A stretch of 64,000 nucleotides of DNA from Azolla caroliniana. Its lineage: Eukaryota > Plantae > Polypodiophyta. Shown in pieces: positions 63,605 through 64,000 of the stretch (the stretch's first letter is position 1; each line of letters opens with the position of its first letter). Both the position numbers and the translations under genes were made by a program. The stretch is taken from positions 16,988,001-17,052,000 of the forward strand of contig JBHGNT010000011.1 in assembly GCA_043228905.1 (NCBI GenBank), read 5' to 3'. The notes under the pieces are model-generated. The model worked only from the letters and a program-made list of their open reading frames with translations, ran no database searches and was not told where the DNA came from.

Positions 63605-64000
63605 CTAAAAACTCGAGCAATTGGTGGAGGATGTAATAACTGGGATAGAGTATCCAATCAAACCACAACGTGTAGTGAGTTGTGTGTCTATGCCATCTGG
63701 CACTCCCACATACTCTTGTGCCATTTGGATCCATTCACATATCCGTTCTCGTTCCACCTCTGATAAGTTGTCTGCAAGCAATTGAATGAATTCTAAAATG
63801 TTATTGCAACAAACCTGTGATGGTTGTGAGTTGAGGTCGAGAATGTAGCGCCAACATGTTAAGACACTCTCTAATAAAATGGTGCAATTCGCCCTATTGC
63901 CTTCCACCATTGGCCACATCATTGTTATATTCCATGTTAATAATAGCATCATTGACCATGTTATGATGTTTGGACGGACAAAATTGTTGCATTTATTGTC
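63605..64000 (-). CDS. Non-specific lipid-transfer-protein-like secreted protein; the start may lie outside the window
   Basis: Hydrophobic signal region, Cys pattern C-X9-C-X14-CC...C...C-X15-C, and an LTP1-like C-terminus CGLIGYSIPVITSSTNCSSF. The frame stays open from 63952 to the window edge. Confidence 0.75.
   Translation of the reverse strand, partial: DNKCNNFVRPNIITWSMMLLLTWNITMMWPMVEGNRANCTILLESVLTCWRYILDLNSQPSQVCCNNILEFIQLLADNLSEVERERICEWIQMAQEYVGVPDGIDTQLTTRCGLIGYSIPVITSSTNCSSF

Overview
Eukaryotic nuclear DNA from a land plant. A seed-free plant such as a fern is likely; this is inferred from gene content and TE types, not proven. The window opens inside a decayed, GC-rich non-chromovirus Ty3/Gypsy element (1-6328), followed by a satellite. 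The element keeps its PPT, its 3' LTR and a clean -1 frameshift signal (slippery heptamer plus pseudoknot). Host genes: an mTERF-family gene, a PLS-class PPR gene, a two-domain fasciclin-like AGP, an 8-exon MAPKKK, a 13-exon ankyrin/TPR gene (TPR10-like), an 8-exon atypical phosphoglycerate kinase, a small APxFDGxxCFET-motif protein and an nsLTP-like gene at the right edge. Intergenic DNA holds a hAT-type MITE, a cluster of LINE fragments and many microsatellites. The most notable findings are: (1) a minimal type I hammerhead ribozyme with a palindromic stem III at 43202-43263, next to an RPS7 retrocopy in intron 8 of the ankyrin/TPR gene; (2) the retrotransposon frameshift pseudoknot at 2096-2161, which lies after the protease; (3) a PGK whose motifs differ from the canonical plant enzymes, a possible bacterial transfer; (4) local duplication of the 3' coding end in four genes. 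All coordinates and exon models were read by eye.
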